64,000 nt of DNA, taken from positions 28,064 through 92,063 of the forward strand of contig JAPOKN010000001.1 of assembly GCA_029977605.1 (NCBI GenBank). The letters are read 5' to 3'. Within the stretch, counting starts at the first letter, position 1. Every line of letters begins with the position of its first letter. The notes under the pieces are model-generated. The model was not told the DNA's origin and searched no databases. It worked only from the letters and a program-made list of their open reading frames with translations. This document shows positions 49,691 to 59,100 of the stretch, in pieces. Position numbers and translations under genes: made by a program. The stretch comes from Methanobacteriota archaeon. GTDB lineage: Archaea; Thermoplasmatota; Poseidoniia; MGIII; CG-Epi1.

Positions 49691-49701
49691 GATTTTATAT
49701 C
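49691..49701 (+). promoter_or_regulatory. Possible archaeal TATA box (TTTTATAT) upstream of tRNAiMet
   Basis: An AT-rich TATA-like octamer about 50 nt upstream of the mature tRNA 5' end. A second TATA-like element (GATATATT, 49732-49739) lies closer. Which one is used cannot be decided from sequence. Confidence 0.2.
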
Positions 49702-49751
49702 AAGCCTATTTTAGAGGTTAATCCGGAGCCTGATATATTCTAGTATTACGT

Positions 49752-49829
49752 AGCGGGGTGGGGTAGCTAGGAAATCCCGTCGGGCTCATAACCCGGAGAT
49801 CGATGGTTCAAATCCATCCCCCGCTACCA
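49752..49829 (+). tRNA. Initiator tRNA-Met (anticodon CAU), CCA encoded
   Basis: Cloverleaf folded by hand: acceptor AGCGGGG/CCCCGCU with an A1:U72 pair. Anticodon stem ends in three G:C pairs (GGG/CCC) around loop CUCAUAA. T-arm GATGG-TTCAAAT-CCATC. Discriminator A plus CCA. Confidence 0.85.
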
Positions 49830-49857
49830 TTTTATTAACAAACTCTTTTGGAAGGTA

Positions 49858-50271
49858 TTGAGGAAAAACTTTGAACACACAGCAGATATCGGGATTGAGA
49901 TTGAATCTCCGACCCTTTCAGAGGCTTTTGAAGAAGTTTCACTTAGTTTTTCAGAAATAATTACGGGCGGTAGTCTACCTGAAGTTTCAATATCCAAAGA
50001 AGTTTCTTTGAAGTCTGATAACTTTGATTCTCTTTTAGTTGATTTTTTGTCTTATTTGGTTGTATTGTTTGATACTGACGATTTTATACCAGGTTCGGCA
50101 AAATTGGAAATTTCAAAAAAAAATGGTTTCCAATTAGATGGAAAGCTAGCAGGTGAAACCTACAATCAGGATAAACATGGTTATGGTGTTGAAATTAAGG
50201 CCATATCCTATCATCAATTGTTAGTACAAGAAGGCCCTCCTGCACACCTAAGAGTAATTTTAGACCTTTAG
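49858..50271 (+). CDS. Archease (RtcB/tRNA ligase cofactor)
   Basis: N-terminal (M)RKNFEHTADIGIEI is the archease hallmark. 137 aa. TTG start preceded by GGAAGG. Confidence 0.85.
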   Translation: MRKNFEHTADIGIEIESPTLSEAFEEVSLSFSEIITGGSLPEVSISKEVSLKSDNFDSLLVDFLSYLVVLFDTDDFIPGSAKLEISKKNGFQLDGKLAGETYNQDKHGYGVEIKAISYHQLLVQEGPPAHLRVILDL

Positions 50272-50304
50272 TAAAGTCTAAATCTATAGGTTTATTAATT
50301 ACAT

Positions 50305-50886
50305 ATGGTTGAACCGGCTAAGGCTTACTTTAATGGTAAAAAAGTTAAGCCAATTTGGAGTGAAGGGAGGTTTAGTTTTGAAGATAAAAATACTAAATTC
50401 ACCTTTTCTAAATCGTCCAAAAAGCAGTTATTTTGGGATATGGGTGGAATAATCAAGAATAGACCATCGATTTACACCCTCCCCTCAAATCCAGAAAATG
50501 AGATTTTTGTGGACTCAGGTCTTATCTGGGGTGAAGATATAATAGATTTGATTTTAGCAGATAGAGGGAAAGTAGTTTTACCTTTGAGAAATTTGCAGGG
50601 ATTCAATGAGTTAGATGATGCTTTGAATTTTGCAGATGATATAGCTATTGGAATTGATTGGTCTGATAAAATTGAAGCGTCACACAGTGATTTCAGAATA
50701 GATATAGTTGATTTGTTGCACCAGCTAATTAAAAGAAACCAGCTTTCAATCATGGTTTATAGTTTATTAGGAGATTATCCTTACATTCCAGCAGGTACTT
50801 CCTCTAACTTAGAGATTTACTTAGCCTATTTATCTAATAATAGCACACAACCTTCATGGGCTAGTGAGGTTTTCATCTTTGAATAG
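50305..50886 (+). CDS. Hypothetical protein between archease and tiaS
   Basis: 193 aa, no recognised motif. Position suggests co-transcription with tRNA-processing genes. Confidence 0.4.
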   Translation: MVEPAKAYFNGKKVKPIWSEGRFSFEDKNTKFTFSKSSKKQLFWDMGGIIKNRPSIYTLPSNPENEIFVDSGLIWGEDIIDLILADRGKVVLPLRNLQGFNELDDALNFADDIAIGIDWSDKIEASHSDFRIDIVDLLHQLIKRNQLSIMVYSLLGDYPYIPAGTSSNLEIYLAYLSNNSTQPSWASEVFIFE

Positions 50887-50892
50887 ATAGTT

Positions 50893-52188
50893 ATGTTGCA
50901 CATAGGAATAGATGATACAGATTCGCTAGACGGAGGTTGTACCACTTGGTTGATTACGGAGATCATATCAGAATTATCAGATTTGGACTTAATAGCACCA
51001 CCTAGGCTTGTGAGATTGAATCCAAATGTACCTTGGAAAACAAGAGGCAATGGAGCTCTTGCTCTTGTGTTTGGTGAAGGCATTGGCTCCAAAGAAAAGA
51101 TAGGGAGTTTAGAAAATTCTGAAATTAGCATATATCCCAACTATAAAGACAGAAAATTTGATAAAAAAGATATTCTTGAAAGAGTAGTTAATATTGTTAA
51201 AGCCAACTCTAAGGAGGACTCACAACCAGGTATTGTAATATCTGATACTTATTTGCCAGAGGGCCTCTATTGGCAAGGTGTAAGAAGCATAGTTCTTCAG
51301 GAAGATTTAGATCCTATTCTTTCTAATTGTGTAACTTTTGGCATGAGAGGTTCTAGAGGATTAATCGGTGCTGCATGTGCGTTGGCCTGGTCTGGATATC
51401 ATAGTAAAGTAGGAGAATTAAATTTTACCTGGGAATTAATTGGGTATAGAGAAAAATCGACATGGGGGACTTTGCGAGATATTTCTTCTGAGTCCGTTTC
51501 TAAAGTTTCCGAACTTAAGGATGTGTTTTCATGTAATGATCAGGGAGGTAAAGTAGCGATGGTTCCTAATTCACCTTGTCCTGTTTTATGGGGTTTTAGG
51601 GGTACAAATGATAAGGTTCTTCTCGATAATTTCCATAAATTAGGGCCTGAGAAACCTTCTAGATGGTTATTGTATCAAACAAACCAAGCGACTGACGATC
51701 ATTTTTGTATTTCAGATATATTAGAGCTCACAGCTTTTACTTCAGTTTGGGTAGATGTTAGCATTTCTTCTAAAGCTGAAATCATAAAAGGAGGTCATCG
51801 TTTTTTCAGAGTAAAAGATTCAGATGGAAATGAAGTAAAATGCGCAGTTTTTGAACCTTCTAAAAACTTAAGAGCAGTTGTGGACAAATTAGAAGTGGGT
51901 GATGAAATAACAGTTTGTGGAAGTGTCAGCGAAAGTACAGTTAATATTGAAAAATTAAAAATTATAAATTTAGTACCTCGTTACTCTAAGCCTCCAAATC
52001 CCATTTGTATTTGTGGTAAGCGTACACATTCTTCTGGTAAAAATTCCAAATACAGATGTAAGAGTTGCGGTAAAAAATACGATCGTCCTTCTTTGATTCC
52101 TAAGTCACCTAATTTAGATTTAAATTGGTTTGAACCTCCAGCATCTTCACGAAGACACCTCACAAAGCCTATAGATTTAATGCGGTAA
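50893..52188 (+). CDS. tiaS: tRNA(Ile2) 2-agmatinylcytidine synthetase TiaS
   Basis: N-terminal MLHIGIDDTDS (DUF1743/TiaS signature start), an OB-like middle, and a C-terminal zinc ribbon CICGKRTHSSGKNSKYRCKSCGKK. 431 aa. Confidence 0.8.
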   Translation: MLHIGIDDTDSLDGGCTTWLITEIISELSDLDLIAPPRLVRLNPNVPWKTRGNGALALVFGEGIGSKEKIGSLENSEISIYPNYKDRKFDKKDILERVVNIVKANSKEDSQPGIVISDTYLPEGLYWQGVRSIVLQEDLDPILSNCVTFGMRGSRGLIGAACALAWSGYHSKVGELNFTWELIGYREKSTWGTLRDISSESVSKVSELKDVFSCNDQGGKVAMVPNSPCPVLWGFRGTNDKVLLDNFHKLGPEKPSRWLLYQTNQATDDHFCISDILELTAFTSVWVDVSISSKAEIIKGGHRFFRVKDSDGNEVKCAVFEPSKNLRAVVDKLEVGDEITVCGSVSESTVNIEKLKIINLVPRYSKPPNPICICGKRTHSSGKNSKYRCKSCGKKYDRPSLIPKSPNLDLNWFEPPASSRRHLTKPIDLMR

Positions 52189-52218
52189 AATGATTAAGAC
52201 CACGATTCATGGACATAT

Positions 52219-53115
52219 GTGTCAGTAATCAGTTTAGGGATTAAAAAAAGTCTTCAGCTTCCTTATTTGGCACTCCTAATTGGGATGTTTGCAATATCTA
52301 CTTCAGCTATTTTAATTAGATATAGCGATAGTGAACCGCTAGTAATAGGAGCATATCGCCAAGCATTTGCAACATTGATTTTTTTACCGCTTATTTTGAA
52401 GGATAGGGCGGCTGAAATTCGTTCTCAATCTTATACCACTATATTTGAAATGATATTTACAGGAGTATTGTTAGGAGCTCATTTTAGTTTTTTTATCACT
52501 TCAGTTAAAGAAACGTCTGTGGCCGCTTCAGTTCTTCTAGCAACTTGTCATGTTGTTTATGTGGCAGTACTAGGTTGGATTTTTTTTGGAGAAAGCCTAA
52601 GCAGGAAAGCGATTATGGGGACTTTAGTTTCTCTTGGTGGTATTTTTATTTTATTTGGAGGAGATATAATTGATAATCCCGGTAATTTTATGGGTAATAT
52701 TTTTGCATTTATCTCAGGAATTCTTGCAGGATTATATTATTTAAGTGGTAGGAAATTGCGAAAGATAGTAAGTTTACCAACTTACGCCTTCATCGTTTAT
52801 TTATTTAGTTTTATTTCTATGTTTATTATTGTCCTAATTCAGAATTTAAATTATGTAAATTTACCTATTTATGAAATTCAATTATTTTTGCTAATGGCTT
52901 TGATTCCTACTTTGTTAGGTCACACTATGCAAAATTGGGCAATAGGTTACTTGCCGGCCTATGTAGTTTCAATATCACTATTGGCTGAGCCAGTTGGTTC
53001 AGGTTTACTTGCTTGGCTATTTTTTCAAGAAGTACCAAGTTTTGGTGTAATCTTAGGTGGTTTAATTGTAATTTCGGGCCTTTACCTAGTAATACTTGCA
53101 GAAGAATCAAATTAA
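52219..53115 (+). CDS. EamA/DMT-superfamily transporter (10 TM)
   Basis: Two EamA repeats of five TM helices each. 298 aa. Confidence 0.7.
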   Translation: MSVISLGIKKSLQLPYLALLIGMFAISTSAILIRYSDSEPLVIGAYRQAFATLIFLPLILKDRAAEIRSQSYTTIFEMIFTGVLLGAHFSFFITSVKETSVAASVLLATCHVVYVAVLGWIFFGESLSRKAIMGTLVSLGGIFILFGGDIIDNPGNFMGNIFAFISGILAGLYYLSGRKLRKIVSLPTYAFIVYLFSFISMFIIVLIQNLNYVNLPIYEIQLFLLMALIPTLLGHTMQNWAIGYLPAYVVSISLLAEPVGSGLLAWLFFQEVPSFGVILGGLIVISGLYLVILAEESN

Positions 53116-53273
53116 CTTTTATTTTCTATAATTTTTTTCCTTTTGTTTCTTTCTCTAAGTTCGCCTAGTATTTTTGCGGCTATCTCTAATTCCTCTCCAC
53201 CGCTTGCCTTTGCTAAAGCTTCTTTAGCCTCATTTTTCTTTTTTTTTCTAATTATTTTCCTTATTTTTGGCAT
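53112..53273 (-). CDS. Possible small highly basic protein (54 aa)
   Basis: Hand translation of the minus strand gives MPKIRKIIRKKKKNEAKEALAKASGGEELEIAAKILGELRERNKRKKIIENKS. ATG start. The stop overlaps the eamA 3' end. Below the ORF-track size cutoff. Weak evidence. Confidence 0.3.
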   Translation of the reverse strand: MPKIRKIIRKKKKNEAKEALAKASGGEELEIAAKILGELRERNKRKKIIENKS

Positions 53274-53357
53274 CTTCTTTTAACTAGAATAAAAGCGTAA
53301 ATAAATATGAATCGCTTAATATGAAAATATTTTAACTACCCTTGACTTGTGCAAGTT

Positions 53358-54236
53358 ATGTCAGGTATTACTTTACTCAGAGGCGAAGAATTAAAAATGC
53401 AACTTAAGCCTCATATGTTTTCGTTTTTCCATTTATATTTAACATTTTTTCTTTTATTAATTTGGTCATATGTAATTTACGATTTTTTTAATTCAGATAA
53501 GTTTTCAGATTTTCCCTTTTACGATAATATAGAAGCATTATTACAAGATAGTGAAGTTTTGGCAGGTACAATCATTTGGTCATTCGGTCTTTTTTTAGTT
53601 GGATTTATAGCACGTTATTTTTTCCTTGATTCAGGAGGTCAAGGTATTTTCCGTTTGTATTCAGGAGTTGCACTTTTTGGTATTGTAGTAATGGCTTATC
53701 ATGGATATAGTGATATGGCAGACACAATGGGCTTCGGGCGCTGGTTTATTCCTGGATTAACTACAGTGGTAGGTCTTGTTGGTTTGTTCTCAGTAGATTT
53801 TTACAGGAGATCATTTACTTACTACCTAACAGATAATCGTATTGTGCTCCAGAGTAGCTTCTTAATGAATAGAAGCGAGCGCCAAGTACGTTATAATCAC
53901 ATAGAAGATATAAAAATGGAACAAGGCATTTTTGGAACTATATTCGGATATGGGACAGTTTTACCTTTAACAGGTTCAGGATTAGGCACAGGTACAGATG
54001 AATCAATGGTTGTAGGAGGCACAGGAACAGAAGTTAAAGGAATGAGCTTGGGAATAGGTGGTGCGGCACGTAATTCGTCTAGAAGTGTTCGGCATAATCC
54101 ACATGATTGTTTATTTGGAGTATCTTCTCCTTCCAAGGTTAGAGATATGATTACTGAGAATATTCAATCAGACACTGGAGTAGAACACCTTAAGCAGATA
54201 AAAGAATTATTAGGGAAAGAGGAATCTGAAGAATAG
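53358..54236 (+). CDS. Membrane protein with bacterial-type PH (bPH_2/YdbS-like, DUF304) domain
   Basis: Several TM helices, then YYLTDNRIVLQSSFLMNRSERQVRYNHIEDIKMEQGIFGTIFGYGTV, which matches the bPH_2 pattern. ATG at 53358 is preferred over the GTG at 53349. Confidence 0.5.
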   Translation: MSGITLLRGEELKMQLKPHMFSFFHLYLTFFLLLIWSYVIYDFFNSDKFSDFPFYDNIEALLQDSEVLAGTIIWSFGLFLVGFIARYFFLDSGGQGIFRLYSGVALFGIVVMAYHGYSDMADTMGFGRWFIPGLTTVVGLVGLFSVDFYRRSFTYYLTDNRIVLQSSFLMNRSERQVRYNHIEDIKMEQGIFGTIFGYGTVLPLTGSGLGTGTDESMVVGGTGTEVKGMSLGIGGAARNSSRSVRHNPHDCLFGVSSPSKVRDMITENIQSDTGVEHLKQIKELLGKEESEE

Positions 54237-54237
54237 T

Positions 54238-54681
54238 TTACTCTTGGCGTACTACCGTTTTTGATTCTTTAAACATATTTAGGGACATATCGAAATCAGT
54301 TTCCCATCTGTCTGGAATTTCTACTTCCTTAGGATATACAATCTCAGACACTCCAGCTTGAATTAGTGATCTAGCACATCTAGTGCAGGGCGGCCAAGTT
54401 ACATACGCTATACAGTTCTTCAGTGATATTCCAGTTCTTGCAGCATGCATAATTGCATTTTCTTCAGCATGGCATATCATTGGATATTTTATCTCACGGT
54501 TGTTTAATCTTTCATCAGTGTCGTCAATACCTCTTGGCAGTCCATTAAATCCAGTACTTCGAATTTCTCTATCAGGACCAACAACCACACATCCGACTTG
54601 AGTTGATGGATCTTTACTCCAAGTAGAGATTTGTTTTGCTAGTTCCAAAAATCTACGGTCCCATTTACTCATACTATGCAT
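54238..54681 (-). CDS. dCMP deaminase (cytidine/deoxycytidylate deaminase family)
   Basis: HAEENAI (zinc His/Glu) and PCTRCA (PCxxC) motifs. 147 aa. Confidence 0.85.
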   Translation of the reverse strand: MHSMSKWDRRFLELAKQISTWSKDPSTQVGCVVVGPDREIRSTGFNGLPRGIDDTDERLNNREIKYPMICHAEENAIMHAARTGISLKNCIAYVTWPPCTRCARSLIQAGVSEIVYPKEVEIPDRWETDFDMSLNMFKESKTVVRQE

Positions 54682-54709
54682 TCTGCAAAGCTCGCAATAT
54701 AGCTATCTA

Positions 54710-55324
54710 CTATGATACAGTTTCACATATTTCACAATTACATTTCTTTTTTCTAGCCTGACAATATTCTCTTCCGTAGAAAATCATTTGTAAATGAAGC
54801 TTATTCCACAGTTTCTTATCAAATTTTCGTTTGAGATCTTTTTCTGTAGTTTCTACATTTTTTCCCTTTGATAATTTCCATCTGAATGCTAGTCTGTGAA
54901 TATGTGTATCAACAGGAAAAGCAGGTTGCCCAAAAGCTTGTGACATCATTACTGATGCAGTCTTATGCCCTACTCCTGGCAATTCTTCCAATTCTTCGAA
55001 TGTATCAGGCACTTTACCATTGTGTTTTTCAATTAATAGTCGAGAAGTTTTTTTGATATTTTTTGCTTTAGTGGGAGCTAAGCCAATTTCTCTAATGTAA
55101 TCTCTTATTTCATTTATTTCTAGTCTATCCATCTTTTCAGGAGTATTCGCTTTAGAAAATAGTTTGGGAGTAATTTCGTTTACTTTTTTATCAGTACTCT
55201 GAGCACTAAGCATTACTGCGACTAAAAATGTAAAATTATTTTCGTGGTCGAGCGGAATTTCAGGATTAGGATAAAGTTCTTCCAACTTGGAAGCAATGTA
55301 TTCAACCTTCTGTTTTAATCTCAA
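54710..55324 (-). CDS. nth: Endonuclease III (HhH-GPD DNA glycosylase/AP lyase)
   Basis: LVAVMLSAQSTDKKVN, the HhH-GPD element LPGVGHKTASV, and a C-terminal Cys cluster CQARKKKCNCEIC for the 4Fe-4S. Confidence 0.85.
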   Translation of the reverse strand: MRLKQKVEYIASKLEELYPNPEIPLDHENNFTFLVAVMLSAQSTDKKVNEITPKLFSKANTPEKMDRLEINEIRDYIREIGLAPTKAKNIKKTSRLLIEKHNGKVPDTFEELEELPGVGHKTASVMMSQAFGQPAFPVDTHIHRLAFRWKLSKGKNVETTEKDLKRKFDKKLWNKLHLQMIFYGREYCQARKKKCNCEICETVS

Positions 55325-56127
55325 TTTCCTTTAAACTCGGGCTTTCTTTTATCAATGAATGCTTTGATTCCTTCTTTGCCGTCATTTGATTTGAAGCATT
55401 CAACAAATAACTCTTGTTCTTCTTTTAAACCTTTTTTTAGTGATGTATTTGCAGCCAATTTTATGCATTTTTTCGCTCTCTTAATTGCAAAAGGAGATTT
55501 TTCTGCAATTTGATTAGCAAGTTCCATAGTAACTTCTTCTAATTTTTCTTCATCAGTTACCATATTTACCAATCCCCAGTCCTCAGCCTTTTTAGCTGAA
55601 ATCATATTTCCGGTTAAGATTAGTTCCATAGATCTTCCCTCACCAATAAGTCTTGTCAGTCTTTGTGTTCCTCCTGCGCCAGGAATTATTCCAATATTTA
55701 TTTCAGGTTGTCCTAATTTAGAATTATTGCTTGCAGTTCTAAGGTCACATGCCATTGCAATTTCTAGCCCTCCTCCAAGACAAAATCCATTAATCATAGC
55801 AATTACAGGCTTACTTGAATTAGATATTACATCTGTAACTCTCCAGTCGTTTTTCATAGCCTTTCTATCTTTTATTTCCATTTTTGAAAATTCTTTTATG
55901 TCTGCGCCAGCGATAAATGCTTTACCTGGAGATCCTGTTAAGATAGAGATATTTACATCATCATCTAAATCTAATTCTTCAAATGCAATTGCAAGTTCTT
56001 TTCTAGTTTCGGAATTCATACTATTAAGTTCATTTGGTCTATTAACAGTCACAATTCCAATACGATTTCTTTTTTCAACGATAATATTTTTCATTTTCAC
56101 TCCTTTAATATTCCACATGCAGGACAA
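55321..56127 (-). CDS. Enoyl-CoA hydratase/isomerase (crotonase family)
   Basis: FIAGADIKEF and the oxyanion-hole region MINGFCLGGGLEIAMACDLRTAS. 268 aa. Confidence 0.85.
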   Translation of the reverse strand: MSCMWNIKGVKMKNIIVEKRNRIGIVTVNRPNELNSMNSETRKELAIAFEELDLDDDVNISILTGSPGKAFIAGADIKEFSKMEIKDRKAMKNDWRVTDVISNSSKPVIAMINGFCLGGGLEIAMACDLRTASNNSKLGQPEINIGIIPGAGGTQRLTRLIGEGRSMELILTGNMISAKKAEDWGLVNMVTDEEKLEEVTMELANQIAEKSPFAIKRAKKCIKLAANTSLKKGLKEEQELFVECFKSNDGKEGIKAFIDKRKPEFKGN

Positions 56128-59100
56128 CTTGTTTCAGTTGGACTAAACATTGCTCCACATGCATTACAAATTAACTCTCCATCCACTTCACTAAATTGTT
56201 CTTCTTTGATATTCTCAGGTAAATCTCCAATTACTTGAACAATCTCTTCAGATGATTTTCTACCTATAAATGCTATAATGGCAGCAGTACCTCCTACAAT
56301 TCCAAGTCCAATAAAAATAGTTAACATATTAGATCCATCATCTTCTTCAACAACTATTGTTTCTTTTTCAATAGTTAAATCTAGAAATCCTTTTTCCTGA
56401 TCAGATTCAAAATTCATTCTATCTACAGCCACAACGGAATAGTGATATATTTTTCCCATTTCAACATTTGCATCTTTGTAAGACAAATACTGCTCACCGT
56501 AAGGAATTTCAATAATAAGCTCCCCAGTTTCATTTGCAGAAGTAGATCGGTATACTCTATACTCAACTAGATCTTGAGCTTGTGATGACATAAATGAAAT
56601 TAGTACATCAGTTGTAGAATTAACTATTGTTTTTCCTTGGGATAGCTGTAGATTCCTTATTTTGGACGGCTTGTCTCGGTCAATTAACGTGTAAGCAATG
56701 TCTTCTCCGTGGTTACCAACTATATCAAACGATAAAACCTTGAATTGGTATTCATATTTATTTTGAACAGGTATTTCTATCGGTAAATTGTCAAGATTGT
56801 ATATTCCATATTCTTGCCATTCAAGATTAGCATTATTTTCACCTTCTTTATTCAATTTATAAAATACTGTAAAGTTTGTAATATCATCTAACGTTTCTAA
56901 GTTAAGTAAAATATTATCTGAATCTGTCAAAGCAGGAATATTGGATATAGTTGTATTTGGCCCTTGTGTATCTATTAGAATTGTATTAGTCAAAGTAAAT
57001 CCTCTGTTTCCAGCAATGTCTTCTCCCACTATTTTAAATTGGTAATTCCCATCACTTTCAGCATAAAATGCGTGAGATTTTTGAGTAAAACTTTCTAAGT
57101 CTAGTACCCAAGGTCCATTATTATTTTTATAATAAAAATCGAAACCAACGATTAGTTCATTGTTATCCTCAGCATCCCATGAGAATTCTAGTGCTCTTGT
57201 ATTGGTTGCATTATTTTGGATATCTCTGTTTTCAAATGATGAAGAAGCAATTTTTGAAATATCTATAGTTGGAGATTCCAAATCTACAAATGTGGTGTTA
57301 TCAATTTTATCCTCTTTATTTTCAATCTTACCATCATCATCTCCACCTATTGATCTAAATCTGTAATGGTGATTTCCCATTGCACCAGTGAATAGAGTTT
57401 TTTCCTCATCTACACTGAAGTTACCCCATATTTCCCAGTCACTCCATGTTTCTCCATTTGTCCCGTTATCGGTTGAATATTGAATGATGATGTACTCTGT
57501 GTCATTTCCTGATTCTAAATTATTTTTGTACCACTCTTGTACATACCACTGAATTTCAAATGAGGTAGAGTTGACCAACTCCGGACTTACTGCATATGTT
57601 GCAGGAGCTACGAGGTCTGGAGCGACATATAATTTTGCGTAAATATTAGTTTGTTTTACAAGATTATTAGTTGAGTTTAATGAAGTAATGGTTATGTTTA
57701 GCTCAGCTAAATCAAACTCATTAATATTTTCATTTAAAGAAATGATAAGTTCAATGTCTCCATCGGCGCCATATGGTACTTTGACTTCTTGATTGAAACT
57801 TATTATGTTAAAATTTTCAGTATCGTTTAAGCTTATTGTTACATTATAGATGTCTTCAACATTTCCCCTATTTAGAATCCAGACAGTGAATTCATATGGT
57901 TCTGTATCATCTATTTCTTTTGTGATGATGGGAGTTAGAATCTCATATTCATAAGTTTCATTAACAGATACAATAAGTTCATCATAAATTTCTTGAAATC
58001 CCCACAGTTTTGACCTTAGGTTTGCAATTTCTAATTCTTGATCAATCCACTGCCTTCCGTCACTACCACCACCTCCACCCCATCCTTGAGTATTATCTCT
58101 GGCGGCTACAGCAATTAAATTTTGACCGTTATTTAGCCAAGATTTATTGATATTAATATTTTCTTCCCAATAATTTCCATTTCCCCCACAGCCCCAACCG
58201 CTGAAACAGTCACGTATTAGATAATCATTTAGATATACACGAAAATAATCATCATGAGCGATTTTCAATCTTAGTTCACTAAAATCTAAATTCCCGCTGT
58301 AATTGAACCAATGACGTGCACTAATGTGTGTATAATTTTGGTCGTCAGTTGACCAAATTGTATTTGGCATAATTCCCCTCAATTCATCATTTCCAAAAGG
58401 AGCAGCTCCTGTATCCCATTGGGAATCATTGTAACTCATTTTGTAAAAGTCTTCAGGAAATTCACTGTTATTCCATATTTGATATGAATATTGCGTAGAA
58501 TTACTAACGCCTGAATGAACGATAGTATCTACAGTTTGTGAGTAGTATTGTGAGAATACAAGAGGGTACAATGAGTAATCTCCTGCTTGAGCGTTATCAC
58601 TTACCGTAATATTTATCGTAATTGTTTTTGTTTCATTAGGAGCTAAGCTTGCAACATCAGGACTAAATTTGTATTCCCAATCGTTTGGAATATTAGTTAA
58701 CCAAAATGTGAAGTTATCATTTACATCACCTTCATTTGTAATATTGAAATTATAATTGATATTATCTTTAATATCTACAGTTTTTTGTTTAGTATCAAAA
58801 TCTAAACTATATGCATAAAATCCAATATGTATGCTTCTAGTCAAAGTTTTATTCGACACTTTTGCAGTTATATTAATTTCACCTAATCTCGTCGGTGTCC
58901 AATCAAGTATCCATTCATAGGTTTGATTTCTATCTATTGTAACAGTCTGACTTGAAAAGGATATATCATCTATATCTAAACTAATATTCAGATTGGTTTC
59001 ATTATTTTCACCTTCATTGTTATATACGATTCGAAGTGCTAAGTCATCTCCAAGTACGACAGGAACATCTTTCCAAGAAGGCACATTAATCGCCAGTTCA

